NCBI GenBank assembly: GCA_020137815.1
Contig: CM035357.1
Span: 8,184,001-8,248,000, forward strand
DNA: 64,000 bases
Reading direction: 5' to 3'
Origin: Hormiphora californensis
Lineage: Eukaryota; Animalia; Ctenophora
Part shown: positions 38,093 through 50,084 of the stretch, in pieces
Numbering within the stretch: position 1 is the first letter of the stretch
How the letters are laid out: each line of letters starts with the position of its first letter
Translations under genes and position numbers: made by a program
Notes under the pieces: generated by a model
What the model saw: only the letters and a program-made list of their open reading frames with translations
Databases searched by the model: none
What the model was told of the DNA's origin: nothing

Positions 38093-40084
38093 TAGTAGAG
38101 TCGATAACTACAGGGTGTCCCACTGTCTTTGCGTGACCTGTGATTTTGGGTGGTGAGTGGGTTCCATTCAAATGCTCATAACTCATCGAAAAATAGGTCA
38201 AAACGGCTCAACCAAAAACAGTGTTGTAGAGAATTGTCAGGCGAACGTTTGGGTACAAGATTGATGTTCCAAGTCTTACCAACCGTCAGATATATCGTCT
38301 TAAAGTCAAAAATACGTATTCATGAAATCCGACCGGGGTTCACGTTTTGAAAAATTCACAAATGCAAAGTTGCTCGGATCACATTGCATCCCTCATAAGA
38401 GTTGTAGGAAATTGTCTGGCGGTCATTTTGGTACCCGCGTTTTTGTCCTAGCTCAATGTTTAGAGTGTCTTATGACTGTCAGAACTGGAATTTTCACAAA
38501 AGTGGTCTCAGGTATCGCATTACATTTTGCCCTGTTATGAAGATCATTGCTGCTTGAATAACATCTTAGTGCATGATAGGGTTGAGATAGACCACTTGCG
38601 TATCCTACACATTAACAGGGGCCTTGCCAAATCGTCATAATAACCCTGTCAAGTGTCTAGATGAAATTGAGACGATATGTCCTGATTAGCATGGGATTAC
38701 ACACGACACCGAGCCACCTAATTAGGCGCTGTGAGCCGATACCAACTAAGACTCAGCGTAGAAAATCTTAATGTTCCTACAGTCATAACGCAACTAAAAC
38801 GTAGAGCTATGGAAAAAATCATGGTGTCAAAATGAACCTTAGACGATTCCAATGAAGCTCTTATAAATTTCAAACCATTTTACCCATTTGTTGATGACAC
38901 GTGATCCCCTCAAAAATGTTGGTTGAATTTCGTCTTTAGACAGTCATAAGACACTTTAAACATTGAGCTAGGACAAAAACCCGGGTACCAAAATGACCGC
39001 CAGACAATTTCCTACAACTCTTATGAGGGATGCAATGTGATCCGAGCAACTTTGCATTTGTGAATTTTTCAAAACGTGAACCCCGGTCGGATTTCATGAA
39101 CACGTATTTTTGACTTTAAGACGATATATCTGACGGTTGGTAAGACTTGGAACATCAATCTTGTACCCAAATGTTCGCCTGACAATTCTCTACAACACTG
39201 TTTTTGGTTGAGCCGTTTTGACCTATTTTTCGATGAGTTATGAGCATTTGAATGGAACCCACTCACCACCCAAAATCACAGGTCACGCAAAGACAGTGGG
39301 ACACCCTGTACATCGACCTCTCCCAATTGTTCCAGTTTTTGTCACATCAGTTTGGAGCCTCGACACGACCTCTAAACAGGTGTTACTTTTTCACAAGCTG
39401 TTTTCATCTTGGTGTAATCAGCAGTTGAAATGTTGCTGATCATAACAAAAATCTGACTAAATTTTTTCAACTTGGGGTACAACCATGGGTGTCAAAAGTT
39501 AGCTCTAGGTCCCCTGAGTAACCATCCGGAGACTCCAAGAGATATTTCAAGCCGTTCTCCTGTAATCATTAATCCCGGTAGAGCACATATTTGAGTATGG
39601 GCGTACGTGCAATTGCCTACAACCTCAACTTTAATGTATAACGTTAATGTGCGTCTCTCTCTTTTCTCCCCCTTGAGAAAGAGTTATCTCGCGCGGCGCA
39701 ACCGCACGTGCGGTTTTTCCAGAGAGAGTGAGAGACATACAATAACATGTAAACAGCCTGCCAGCGCTCACGTACGTCCGCATTGTATTTTTTTCTCCAC
39801 CGGGATTAATGATTACGGGAGAACGGCTTGAAATATCTCTTAGAGTCTCCGGATGGTTACTCAGGGGACCTAGAGCTAACTTTTGACACCCATGGTTTTA
39901 CCCCAAGTTGAAAAAATTTAGTCAGGTTTTTGTTATGATCAGCAACATTTCAACTGCTGATTACACCAAGATGAAAACAGTTTGTGAAAAAGTAACACCT
40001 GTTTAGAGGTCGTGTCGAGGCTCCAAACAGATGTGACAAAACTGGAACAATTGGGAGAGGTCGATGTAGTTATCGACTCTACTA
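38093..40084. mobile_element. Non-autonomous foldback element with TAG...CTA ends and a 3-bp TSD (Academ-like)
   Basis: gtt-TAGTAGAGTCGATAACTA...TAGTTATCGACTCTACTA-gtt; ~290-bp arms. Removing it restores the LINE frame (TGQLFTAKK). Confidence 0.75.
38111..39308. mobile_element. Tc1/mariner-type foldback element (1.2 kb, ~365-bp TIRs, TA TSD)
   Basis: ta-CAGGGTGTCCCACTG...CAGTGGGACACCCTG-ta, inserted in the left TIR of 38093-40084. Confidence 0.9.
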
Positions 40085-40554
40085 GTTGGCCCGTGACCGT
40101 TCCGGAGGGATTTCTGCCTGCTCTTTGGGAGATTCTGTTAACCATTTTCCTGGAGGGTAGGCAATGTCTAAACCATGGTTGTTTGGGGATGGTTTTGCTT
40201 CTTTTTGTTTTCTTTCGATTGGGGTTCTCTTTTTTGAGGGGCACAGTGATGTCTGCGGCCTTTTTGAAAACTCCCACTAGCCTGTTGTTGAGATCTATAG
40301 TTTCAGTGGCTGACGAGCAGGATACTTCTTTGATTGCCTTGGCTTCTGCGTTACAGGCGTCACCTAGAAGTGTCATCTTGAAAGCTTTTTTGTCTTCAGC
40401 GGTGTGGATTTTGTATCTTCTCGGTGCTGGATCTAGGTCGGCTAGAAGTGTTTCCTCCATGATTTGGGGACCAGGGTCGTATGTCGCACCGTTTAGCCGT
40501 TATTTGCATTATATTATTATTAACTAGAAAGCCCGTTGGCTGGACCCCTTTGAT

Positions 40555-40575
40555 GTCTCTCTCTCCCTCTATCTT

Positions 40576-40656
<81 letters not shown>

Positions 40657-40897
40657 ATATCTCTATATATAATATATAATATATATAATATATATAATAT
40701 GTATATATATAATATATATCTCTATCTATCTCTCTCTCTATCTACCATTCTCTCACTTCATCTCTTCATCATATCCTTTCTCTATCTCTCTCTCTGTCCC
40801 TCTATCTCTCTTTCCCTCTATCTCTCTATATCTCTCGCTCTATCTAGCTCGCTGTCCCTCTGTATCTCTATCTCTCTCGCTCCATCTCTCTCAGCTC

Positions 40898-40932
<35 letters not shown>

Positions 40933-41002
40933 AGCTCTCTCCCTCTATCTCTCTTTGTCTCTATCTCTACCTCTCTCACTCACTCTCTCTCTCACTCTCT
41001 CA
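40555..41002. repeat. (CT)n / (TA)n low-complexity tract
   Basis: Direct reading. Confidence 0.92.
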
Positions 41003-41391
41003 CTCCATCATGTCGGGCTGAAGAATATGGAGGTTGGTAGAGTGGTAGCAGGTAGGGATGGTGATGAACATCAAGGGTCATCGTTAGATGGCTGCTTGAA
41101 ACGTGCCGAATTAGGTGATAAACATCCGTAGAATTGTAGCTGTGTAGAGTAGTTAACGGGGGATCGTAGGTAGAAACGCTTTGGTATTCATCGGGGCCGA
41201 AGCAGTAGATGGCGAAACACCGCAGAAACACGCAACACAACATCAAATAACATGCACGTGCAGTATTCACACCCTTGCCCACCAACCATAACAACCCCTT
41301 GATTCGCATGGGCAAATGGAGCAAATTGTTGCACGCTAGTGTTGCACGCTAGGATACTCCATCATCACGCATTTGCAAATTATAATAATGA

Positions 41392-43619
41392 CTAGAGAGC
41401 CCAGGCAAAAGAACAAAAAACTCTCACACCCTATTGACTCCTCTCAATCCTAATCCCTGGCTCATGCCTACTCCCCTCAGTCCTCACCCATATTATCCCT
41501 ATTGACTCCCCTAGGCCCCTATTGAATCATATCGTCCCCTATTCACGTCATCTCACCCTCTATTCACTTTCCTATAACGCCATAAGGAATACTTCCCTAT
41601 CCCCTCTCTCAATCTGTGATGTGAAGCAGTTCAAAAACACACATTTCTTACAAATTTTTCATCATTTCCCCCATTACTCCGTCATTTCTCAACCAATTTC
41701 GAAAATCTTGGGCTCATTCGAAAGATAATCTTAAGCTCTTTCAAATCAGCTATTATCCCCCAAATTTATAAAACCTTTACACACGCACGTGCACTCCCCA
41801 AGCCCCACCAACCACCCCTATCAACATGTCAATTTTCCACGTGCAAACCCTAAAAACCCCCAAAAAAACAATTGTCTTGCAACCATCTCTGCTTTATAAT
41901 ATAGACTAAAGAGCCCAGGCAAAAGAACAAAAAACTCTCACCTCTATTGACTCCTCTCAATCCCGATCCCTGGCTCAGATCATGCCTACTTTGCTCCCTA
42001 CGGCGCCGCTTCTCGGCACCTCCGGTCGCGAGATCTTACTCCACGCCCCCCTTCCCCCTGTTGACTCCCCTCAGTCCTCACCCCTCTTATCCCTATTGAA
42101 TTATATCGTCCCCTATAATTCACTCCATCTCACCCTCTATTTACTCCCCTATAACGCCATAATGAACACTCCCCTCAGCCCTCTCTCAATCTGTGATCTG
42201 AGGCAGTTTAGTACCCCAAATTTTCCCTCATTTTTCACCATTTTCGCCATAACTCTGTCATTTCGCAACCAATTTCAAAATACCAAGACTCATTGGAAAG
42301 GTAATCTCAAGCTCTTTCCAAAGAGCTATTATCCCCCAAGATTAGAAAAACTTTACACACGCACGTGCACTCCCCAAACCCCACCAAACACCCCTAACAA
42401 CACGTCAATTTTCCACGTGCAAGCCCTAAAAACCCCCCAAAAACCAATTGTCTTGCAAGGTTCTCCGCTTTGGTGTGCGGACTCTAGTGCTACACTCTAA
42501 GTCTACAGTGGACTCTATATCTAAATTTAGATTTAGATAAAGAGTCCAAATAAGTCTAAACTCTAGGAGGACTCTATCTCTAAAAAGTCTAAACAGGGCG
42601 GACTCTTTATCTAAAAAGTCTACAAAGAGCGGACTCTATATCTACACAAATCTAAATTAGACATAGAGTCCGCCATTCTCAGCGAACTCGAGATTTCGGC
42701 CGTTAGGCTGTAAACGAGAGTTTGCTGTACCTCTATACTAATTGAGAAGTGTTAGGGCCATTATTTGGGTTCGAGGTTAGGGTTAGGGTTATGGTTAGGG
42801 TTAGCTTTTGGGTTGGTTTAGGATTTTAGACATAGAGTCCGGGTTGGGGGATTTGGCGCCAAAATGTACCAGGGGACTCTATGTCTAAAAAGTCTACACA
42901 GTGCGGACTCTATATCTAAAAAGTCTACACTGGGCGGACTCTTTATCTAAACTTTTTTCAAAGTCTAACTGTAGATAAAGAGTCCGCTTTTAGATATAGA
43001 GTCCGCCTTGAATTTAGATAAATAAATAATAAAAGAGTCCGTTAGCACTAGAGTCCGCCCACCCTCTGCTTTATAATATAGACTAGAGAGCCCAGGCAAA
43101 AGAACAAAAAACTCTCACACCCTATCGATTCATCTCAATACCGATCCCTGGCTCATGCCTAATTTGCTCCCTACGGCGCCGCTTCGCGGCACCTCCGATC
43201 GCGAGATCATAATCCACGCCCCCTTCCCCCTGTTGACTCCCCTCAGTCCTCACCCCTCTTATCCCTATTGACTCCCCTCGGCCCCTATTAAATCATATCG
43301 TCCCCTATTCACTCCATCTGACCCTCTATTCACTCCCCTATAACGCCATAATGGACACTCCCCTCACCCCTCTCTCAATCTGTGATCTGAAGCAGTTCGG
43401 AGCCCCACATTTTCCCTCATTTTTCACCATTTCCCCCATTACTCAGTCATTTCTCAACCAATTTCCAAAATCTTGGGCTCATTAGAAAGATAATCTCATA
43501 CTCTTTCAAATCAGCTATTATCCCCAAAATTAATAAAACCTTTACACACGCACGTGCACGCCCCAAACCCCACCAACCACCCCTATCAACATGTCAATTT
43601 TCCTGCTTTATAATAGAGA
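41392..43619 (-). mobile_element. Head-to-tail array of three non-autonomous Helitron-like units (~510-590 bp each)
   Basis: Minus strand A|TC(T)ATTATAAAG...GGGCTCTCTAG|T, no TSD; internal junctions at 41905/41906 and 43082/43083. Confidence 0.65.
42472..43063 (+). mobile_element. MULE-like MITE, 9-bp TSD
   Basis: TIR GG..GCGGACTCTAGTGCTA; TSD ctccgcttt/ctctgcttt; internal ggactctatatcta repeats and a TTAGGG-like stretch. Confidence 0.85.
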
Positions 43620-44133
43620 TAGCGCACCCATTGGGTGCGCCTCAAGTAAGGCCTTTTCATAACCCACCCGGCTTCGCCGGTTGGTTCTTTTCGCCCTTTC
43701 AACGTCAATAACACGCGGTTGTCATGGCAACTGAATTGGTAATTATAGGGACTGGCATGTTAAAATTCATTCGAAAATATCAACAAACTTCCACTGGAAG
43801 TTCCAAAAGTGTTAGCAACAGCTTTACAGCTTTGAGCACATGAAGTATTTTATGAAGGAGCAGCCTGTCGCTTAGATACCGCTGAACGAACGACTTCGAC
43901 TTCGACGTTCATCTCCAAATTATAATATAGATATTTATGACACCTGTTTACAAAAATCCTGAGAAACTGGATCAAAAAACAAAGGAATTTGTTTGGAACA
44001 CCCGTGGCCTTTTGTCGATTGTACTTGACGCTGCGGGAAATGCACCCTTCGTCAGAGCAAGACGCGAGGAAGAGTGAGAGAGAGAGAGAGAGGGAGTGTG
44101 TGTGCGTGTGTTAGAGAGAGATGGCACAACGAT

Positions 44134-45475
44134 TAGGGTGCGTCATTTTGCAAAAAAGTTTTCCGATTTGACTGAAACCTTCCCAGAAGTTGTGGACAGG
44201 TACACAGAGAAGGACTGTGAAGTTTCAGCCCCCTACTCCAACTCCTTACGGGTACAAAATGCTTTTTATGCGCATGGGAAGTGTTACTTCCCGCGCGCCC
44301 ATTTTGGCCCATTTTTGCCATTTTAGGACATCCAAAAAATCTACAAAAATTTCTAGTTGCTTCTTGGATTGCTAAGAGTCGTTTATAAGTCAAATAAAAG
44401 CATTTAAACGATTTTTGTAAAAAAATAATTTTATTTTTCCCCCATTTTTGGCAGGCTTGACACAAGGCTTCATTTCATATCCTTCCATTTGACCTTTGCT
44501 GTTGTTTTTCTTATACAGGCCCATAAACCCTCAGAGATGCTAAAAGAAGTTAATAGAGGACCATAGAGACCCAGAGAGGCCCATAGAGACCCATAATGGC
44601 CCCTATATACCCATAGAGGCCTATGCGGGATGACATTGAGGTTCATAGAGGCCCCTTAGAGGGTCATAGAGACCAATTAAGGTCCATAGAGGCCCACACA
44701 GGCCACTAGAGCTTCATAGAGTCCCCTTAAAGGCCCATAGAGACCGACAGAGGGTTTATGTATGCACATAGAGGTCCATAAAGCTTCAAAGAGGCCCGTA
44801 GATGCCATTAGAGGCTTATAGAGTCCTCTTGAGGCCCCTTAGAGAGTATATAGACCATCTGTCGGTCTCTATGGGCCTTTAAGGGGACTCTATGAAGCTC
44901 TAGTGGCCTGTGTGGGCCTCTATGGACCTTAATTGGTCTCTATGACCCTCTAAGGGGCCTCTATGAACCTCAATGCCATCCCGCATAGGCCTCTATGGGT
45001 ATATAGGGGCCATTATGGGTCTCTATGGGCCTCTCTGGGTCTCTATGGTCCTCTATTAACTTCTTTTAGCATCTCTGAGGGTTTATGGGCCTGTATAAGA
45101 AAAACAACAGCAAAGGTCAAATGGAAGGATATGAAATGAAGCCTTGTGTCAAGCCTGCCAAAAATGGGGGAAAAATAAAATTATTTTTTTACAAAAATCG
45201 TTTAAATGCTTTTATTTGACTTATAAACGACTCTTAGCAATCCAAGAAGCAACTAGAAATTTTTGTAGATTTTTTGGATGTCCTAAAATGGCAAAAATGG
45301 GCCAAAATGGGTGCGCGGGAAGTAACACTTCCCATGCGCATAAAAAGCATTTTGTACCCGTAAGGAGTTGGAGTAGGGGGCTGAAACTTCACAGTCCTTC
45401 TCTGTGTACCTGTCCACAACTTCTGGGAAGGTTTCAGTCAAATCGGAAAACTTTTTTGCAAAATGACGCACCCTA
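44134..45475. mobile_element. hAT-like foldback element (1,342 bp, ~617-bp near-perfect arms, 8-bp TSD)
   Basis: acaacgat-TAGGGTGCGTCA...TGACGCACCCTA-acaacgat; internal ccatagag ~10-bp repeats; nested in the MITE at about 43967-45580. Confidence 0.92.
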
Positions 45476-46041
45476 ACAACGATACCTAGTAGCTCAGATT
45501 ATGGGTGCATTTCCCGCAGCGTCAAGTATCGACAAAAGGCCACGGGTGTTCCAAACAAATTTCCTTTGTTTTTGGTCTAGTAAATTATATAAATGATTCA
45601 GTACGGCTAGTAGATAAAGTCCATTTTTATTCAACTGTTCAGGCCTCAACTCCTGTGCGTGTGATATTTTAATTCATGCTGTGTGCGCTACATCTTAAAA
45701 TGTGATAGACACGCAAAACAATTCCGCACGGTTGAAAAAATGGACTTTACCGTGTTTTGTTGGAATTCGTTTGATTCCGATTATTTTTCAGGCATAGTCG
45801 GTACACAGGTGGCCGACCCCTCCTTTACACCCTCTGTACAGAGGGCAATCGGTACTCCGGTGGTCACCCGTGAAAATGCATTCGGGAGAATAATCCTTAT
45901 ATGAAACCCAAGCCTTCTCTCCCAAACAAAATATTTGAGGTTTTAGTTCTCTCCACATCAAGTATGAGAACTAAAACCTCAAATACTTTTTCCATTCGCC
46001 ACATACCGATTAACAAACAAATTATTATCAATATCCCCCAG

Positions 46042-46181
46042 CAAAGAAAGATGGTCCATTTGGATTGCTTCAACGAGCAATGACTGAAAACCTTCGTGTT
46101 ACTGTTCTGACTAGGACCTACAAAGGAGTGAGGGGCCAGTGCTCTGGATATCTTGTGGCCTTTGATAAATACATGAACCTT
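46042..46181 (+). CDS. LSM11: Coding exon D: Sm motif 1 of LSm11
   Basis: Acceptor atatcccccag, donor CTT|gtaagt. Encodes AKKDGPFGLLQRAMTENLRVTVLTRTYKGVRGQCSGYLVAFDKYMNL; the RT.KG.RG.C.G.LVAFDK..N pattern is LSm11-type. Confidence 0.9.
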
Positions 46182-46732
46182 GTAAGTTTAACGAATTACG
46201 CAAATCTTGGGCTTCACTGTCGTGCATTTCACCTCCACATATATATATATATATACTCTGCAGTCCAGAGCGTACGCCGTACATGGCACGCTTATGAAAC
46301 TTATGTATCCCGGCTTTACAAGTTTCGTGTCGCAGCGTTTGTTGGTTGGTGCTTTTTGAAGCCTCACGGTTTACCATGTAAGACTTCTCAGGTTTGGAGT
46401 TTTCCACCGCTGGGGTTTTTTAGTGCTAGTGACTTTGCGCTGCATTAATGCACGCTCTGGGGGGTGGTGGTGAAAAACCTAGTTACCACCTAGAGGTCAA
46501 GTTGCCGTGGAGCCACCCCGTGAAGAAAAAAGGGGGGAGGGAGTGGCCCCGGTTTGTAACACTTGTCTTCCCTCTTTTTTCTTTACTGATCCAGCTTTTG
46601 GGAGTTAAATTATCAGCTGTTGAAAGAAGGATATAAGCAGCGATATATAGATCACTGAATTAGAGAGATTTAGGGAGACAGAGAGAAAGGGGATTTGGAT
46701 TTAGAGAGGAATGAGAGGAAAGGAGATATAGG

Positions 46733-47282
46733 AGTGATAGTCATAGTGATAGTCATAGTGATAGTCATAGTGATAGTCATAGTGATAGTCATAGTGATAG
46801 TCATAGTGATAGTCATAGTGATAGTCATAGTGATAGTCATAGTGATAGTCATAGTGATAGTCATAGTGATAGTCGTAGTGATAGTCATAGTGATAGTCAT
46901 AACTCATAGTCAAAGTCATAGTCATGTTCATAGTCATAGTTTTAGTCTTGGTCATAGTTTTTATCATAGTCATAAGAAAATGAGATTTAGGATAAAATAT
47001 TCATAGTTATAGTTATAGTTTAAGTCATGGTCATAGTCTTGGTCATAGTTTTAGTCATAGTCATGAGAAATGGAGATATAGGAGATAGAGATAGTCATAG
47101 TTTTAGTCATGGCCAGAGTCATAGTTTTAGTCATAGTCATGAGATATCATGAGATATAGGGAGCACGGATTTTGGAGATCTTCTTAGTCATAGTGATAGT
47201 CATCATGATAGTGATAGTCATAGTGATAGTCATATTCATAGTTTTAGTCATGGTCATAGTCAGTCATAGTTTTAGTCATAGT
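46733..47282. repeat. (GTGATAGTCATA)n 12-bp minisatellite with a degenerate extension
   Basis: Direct reading; source of the spurious VI/TITM/YHYD ORFs. Confidence 0.93.
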
Positions 47283-47399
47283 AATGTTATTGGTGTTTCA
47301 TTCATTGCAGCTTATAGGGTTGGAATGGAGCAAATTATGTGTCCGGACGTAGCCGTTTTAGGGCTGGCGTTTATCTGGCGCTGGGTGACGGGTGTGGCC

Positions 47400-47917
47400 A
47401 GGGGAAGGAGAAGGGGATCAGCAAAAGCATACAATGTGAACTCGTGTCGCAGCGTGTCGTGTTGGTTACGAAGTCACCCCTATTATTGAATACGGGGCGA
47501 TATGCCTCCTCCCGGTCTTTTTCTGAGCTTCTTGTTCTTTGTAGAGGTTTTTCAATGCTTTCGAATGATACGAATGTGCTCCTGGATGAAAAATACGAAA
47601 AATACCAAGACCTAAGACGTCCATACGGGTATCGGGGGCGTGATTCGCGGTGTGAGAAAGGGGAAATCTCCGACGGGGAATAGGTGTCTCTGTTTCCACC
47701 GCCGTCATGCCAGCCTGCTTGGCCATTTCCGCTAGTGATTCACGCACTTTATTATGTCGTAAGATAGAGTACCCTCCAAGAGGGCAACCCAGTGTATGGT
47801 CAGCAGAGTTGGGTTTGCCACACTGGCATAGGGAGGGGAGATCAGGAATAGTGAACTCGTATCGTAAAGCCACAGCGTCGATAAACTCCTGCCGGCTCAA
47901 TTCAAAGCCTAACTATC
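47400..47917 (-). mobile_element. CRE-like (RLE-type) non-LTR retrotransposon 3' fragment
   Basis: RQEFIDAVALRY..LPSLCQCG..DHTLGCPLGG..LRHNKVR..RMDV (zinc knuckle plus restriction-like endonuclease pattern); continues briefly after 49025 (EKGA). Confidence 0.75.
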
Positions 47918-47919
47918 TA

Positions 47920-49025
47920 CCGCCTGGCCCAAATTAAAGGGAGGGTACGTTGGTCTTCTTTTCACCCAGAAGTTTAATTTCAATCACTCTGATATTTTGA
48001 CACAATGTCTGCATGGTTACTCATTCGAGGAATCCGAAGTTTCAGCCCTCTGGATAAAAGTTCATTTTTTCCGACCGAATGAACATTGAATGAACAAAAA
48101 TATGGGACCATATTTCGGTACCAAAGTTTCACAAATTTGTTTGGCTATTGATTTCCTTTCGAATGGGACTAGTTTGAGCTTAATTGGATCACCACAAGAA
48201 TCACAGTGATCCGTTTTCTAAGCCTAGGGTAAGTCATGTGATCCCCATCAAATTATGACGTGTTAGCAAGAGAGCTTACATTTTCACGGATGCTGTATCG
48301 GTACACCATCCTCATTAGCAGACGTGATACGTGATACTCGTCCGTAACACCTGCTTATTGGCACTTAGTAATGACGCTATCGTCTCATTAATTGTCAGAT
48401 GACCAAACCTAGGGTTAGATAACTAGACACTGTGTCTCTTGTGGTGGTCCAATTGAGCTCAAATTAGTCGCGTTGAAAGGAAATCGATACCCGAAGGCGA
48501 CTGTGAAAATCCGGTTCCAAAAAGCATTCCTGTTTTCAAGTTCATTCAGGATTCATTCCAGTCGGAAAAATGAATTTTAAGATAGAGAGCTTAATTTCCG
48601 GCTAACACCAAAATTGATCAAGTGTAGTGGCCGTACAGATTTTTAGCGCCTGAATTTACCGATTTCTGGTCAAAACAGGTCAAAATCGATGTTTGGTAAA
48701 AAATATCATCTTTAAATAATTTATTTCACCCACTAAACTTGATTCAATTTTAATATAAATTTAGATTGCCATTTGTTGATACTTGATCTATTGTATGGCG
48801 GTTTTAAAAATAATAAAATCGAATTTAATCAAGAGAAAACCTCAAAAAACCCGAAAAACGAAAAATTGAGTTCATTAATGAACTTTCAACTTTTATGATT
48901 TGAAACTTCGGATTCCTCGAATGAGTACCCATGCAGACATTGTGTCAAAATATCAGAGTGATTGAAATTAAACTTCTGGGTGAAAAGAAGGCCAACGTAC
49001 CCTCCCTTTAATTTGGGCCACGCGG
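47920..49025. mobile_element. Non-autonomous Tc1/mariner-type element, copy of 13336-14432
   Basis: Same TIRs and interior, TA TSD. Confidence 0.9.
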
Positions 49026-49599
49026 TATATAAGGTTTGGCTGAGAGCCCCTTTCTCTAGAGTGTCGGGTTTTGAAATCTTTTTTTGAAATAGAACTGGCT
49101 AGACGTATTTTTTTACGCTGATTCCGAATCTGTCATCAGATTTGATCTACGATAATGTCATCCCTGATCGCAGTCCTTATAAAAGAATTTCTATTGCGCT
49201 GCGTTTTAGTGCTGGCACTATATCACGTGATCTCTCGCTAATTAGCTGCACTCTCGATCTTACACACGAGTACACAACTCGAGATGTGTGAGAACCCCGG
49301 TCCCATTACAATTACGGTTGAATTGATCGGGACGAAGCTGAATCAATAGCTTGCTGCTTGGGATATATTTGAGGTAAAATATGTGAATGGGGTATTACAA
49401 ATCTATTGGGTAAGTAGGATGTAACCAATGATTGGGTCCCGGGGTTGTGTATCAAACACGTGTCTGAATGTGGTACTGATAGCTATTAGCTATAATTGAG
49501 TTCGAGACACTGAAACAGAGTGAGTGAAAGGGAGTGTGTGTGTGTGTGTGTGACACGGTTTTGACACGGTTTGACACGGTTTTAAAATAATTCTGCACG

Positions 49600-50084
49600 G
49601 GTTTCCCGGTGCGCAAGAATGTTGGAGCATCAACCTGTCGACATCCAAGGATAGAGGGTGTCAGGTTGGTGCTCCAGATTCTGGGAATATAACACAGTAA
49701 TAAATAATTATTCAGATTATAAGGAGTATAGTGGAGTTTGTCCTAAGTGGTGTGAGGCAGCTAAGCCGGTTAATGTCCTTTAGTAAATTTTTCGCGAGTT
49801 GAAATGATGGCGTGAGTAAAACACGCCACCAGGCCTGCGATCCGCGGGGTGTAGTTATGAAGATTGTGGAAGATGTGAGTGAGTGAGTGATGTGATAAAA
49901 GGAAAATTTCCGGTTCTTTCCTCAAGTTGTCTCGGCTGTCTTCGTAGAGGCTGCAGTGGTCCAGAGCATGTTCCTCAGTCTCTACTTCATAGATGTTCAA
50001 GCTCTCGCACCAGGGGCAGTAGCGGTTGTCTCTGGGGATGTTGGTGTACCGGCCGGTTTCTATTTTGAGAGGGTGGGCATACAT
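49600..50084 (-). mobile_element. RTE-X-like LINE 3' end fragment
   Basis: AHPLKIETGRY..RYCPWC..ETEEHALDHC (ORF 49770..50084); 3' boundary approximate. Confidence 0.75.

Larger units (their letters stand above)
35700..40470 (-). mobile_element. Degenerate RTE-X-like LINE ORF2, interrupted by nested DNA elements at 38093-40084
   Basis: DQISNEFLK, PLHKKG, NQLGF, FVDYSKAFD, LLWADD and YCYLG; C-terminal LRCSAHRFNIEVGR..CPIC..EDEEHVLLHC; several frameshifts. Clade assignment is from motif recall. Confidence 0.88.

Noticed and set aside
46670-47489. VI-, TITM- and YHYD-repeat ORFs
   Set aside because: Translations of the 12-bp minisatellite.
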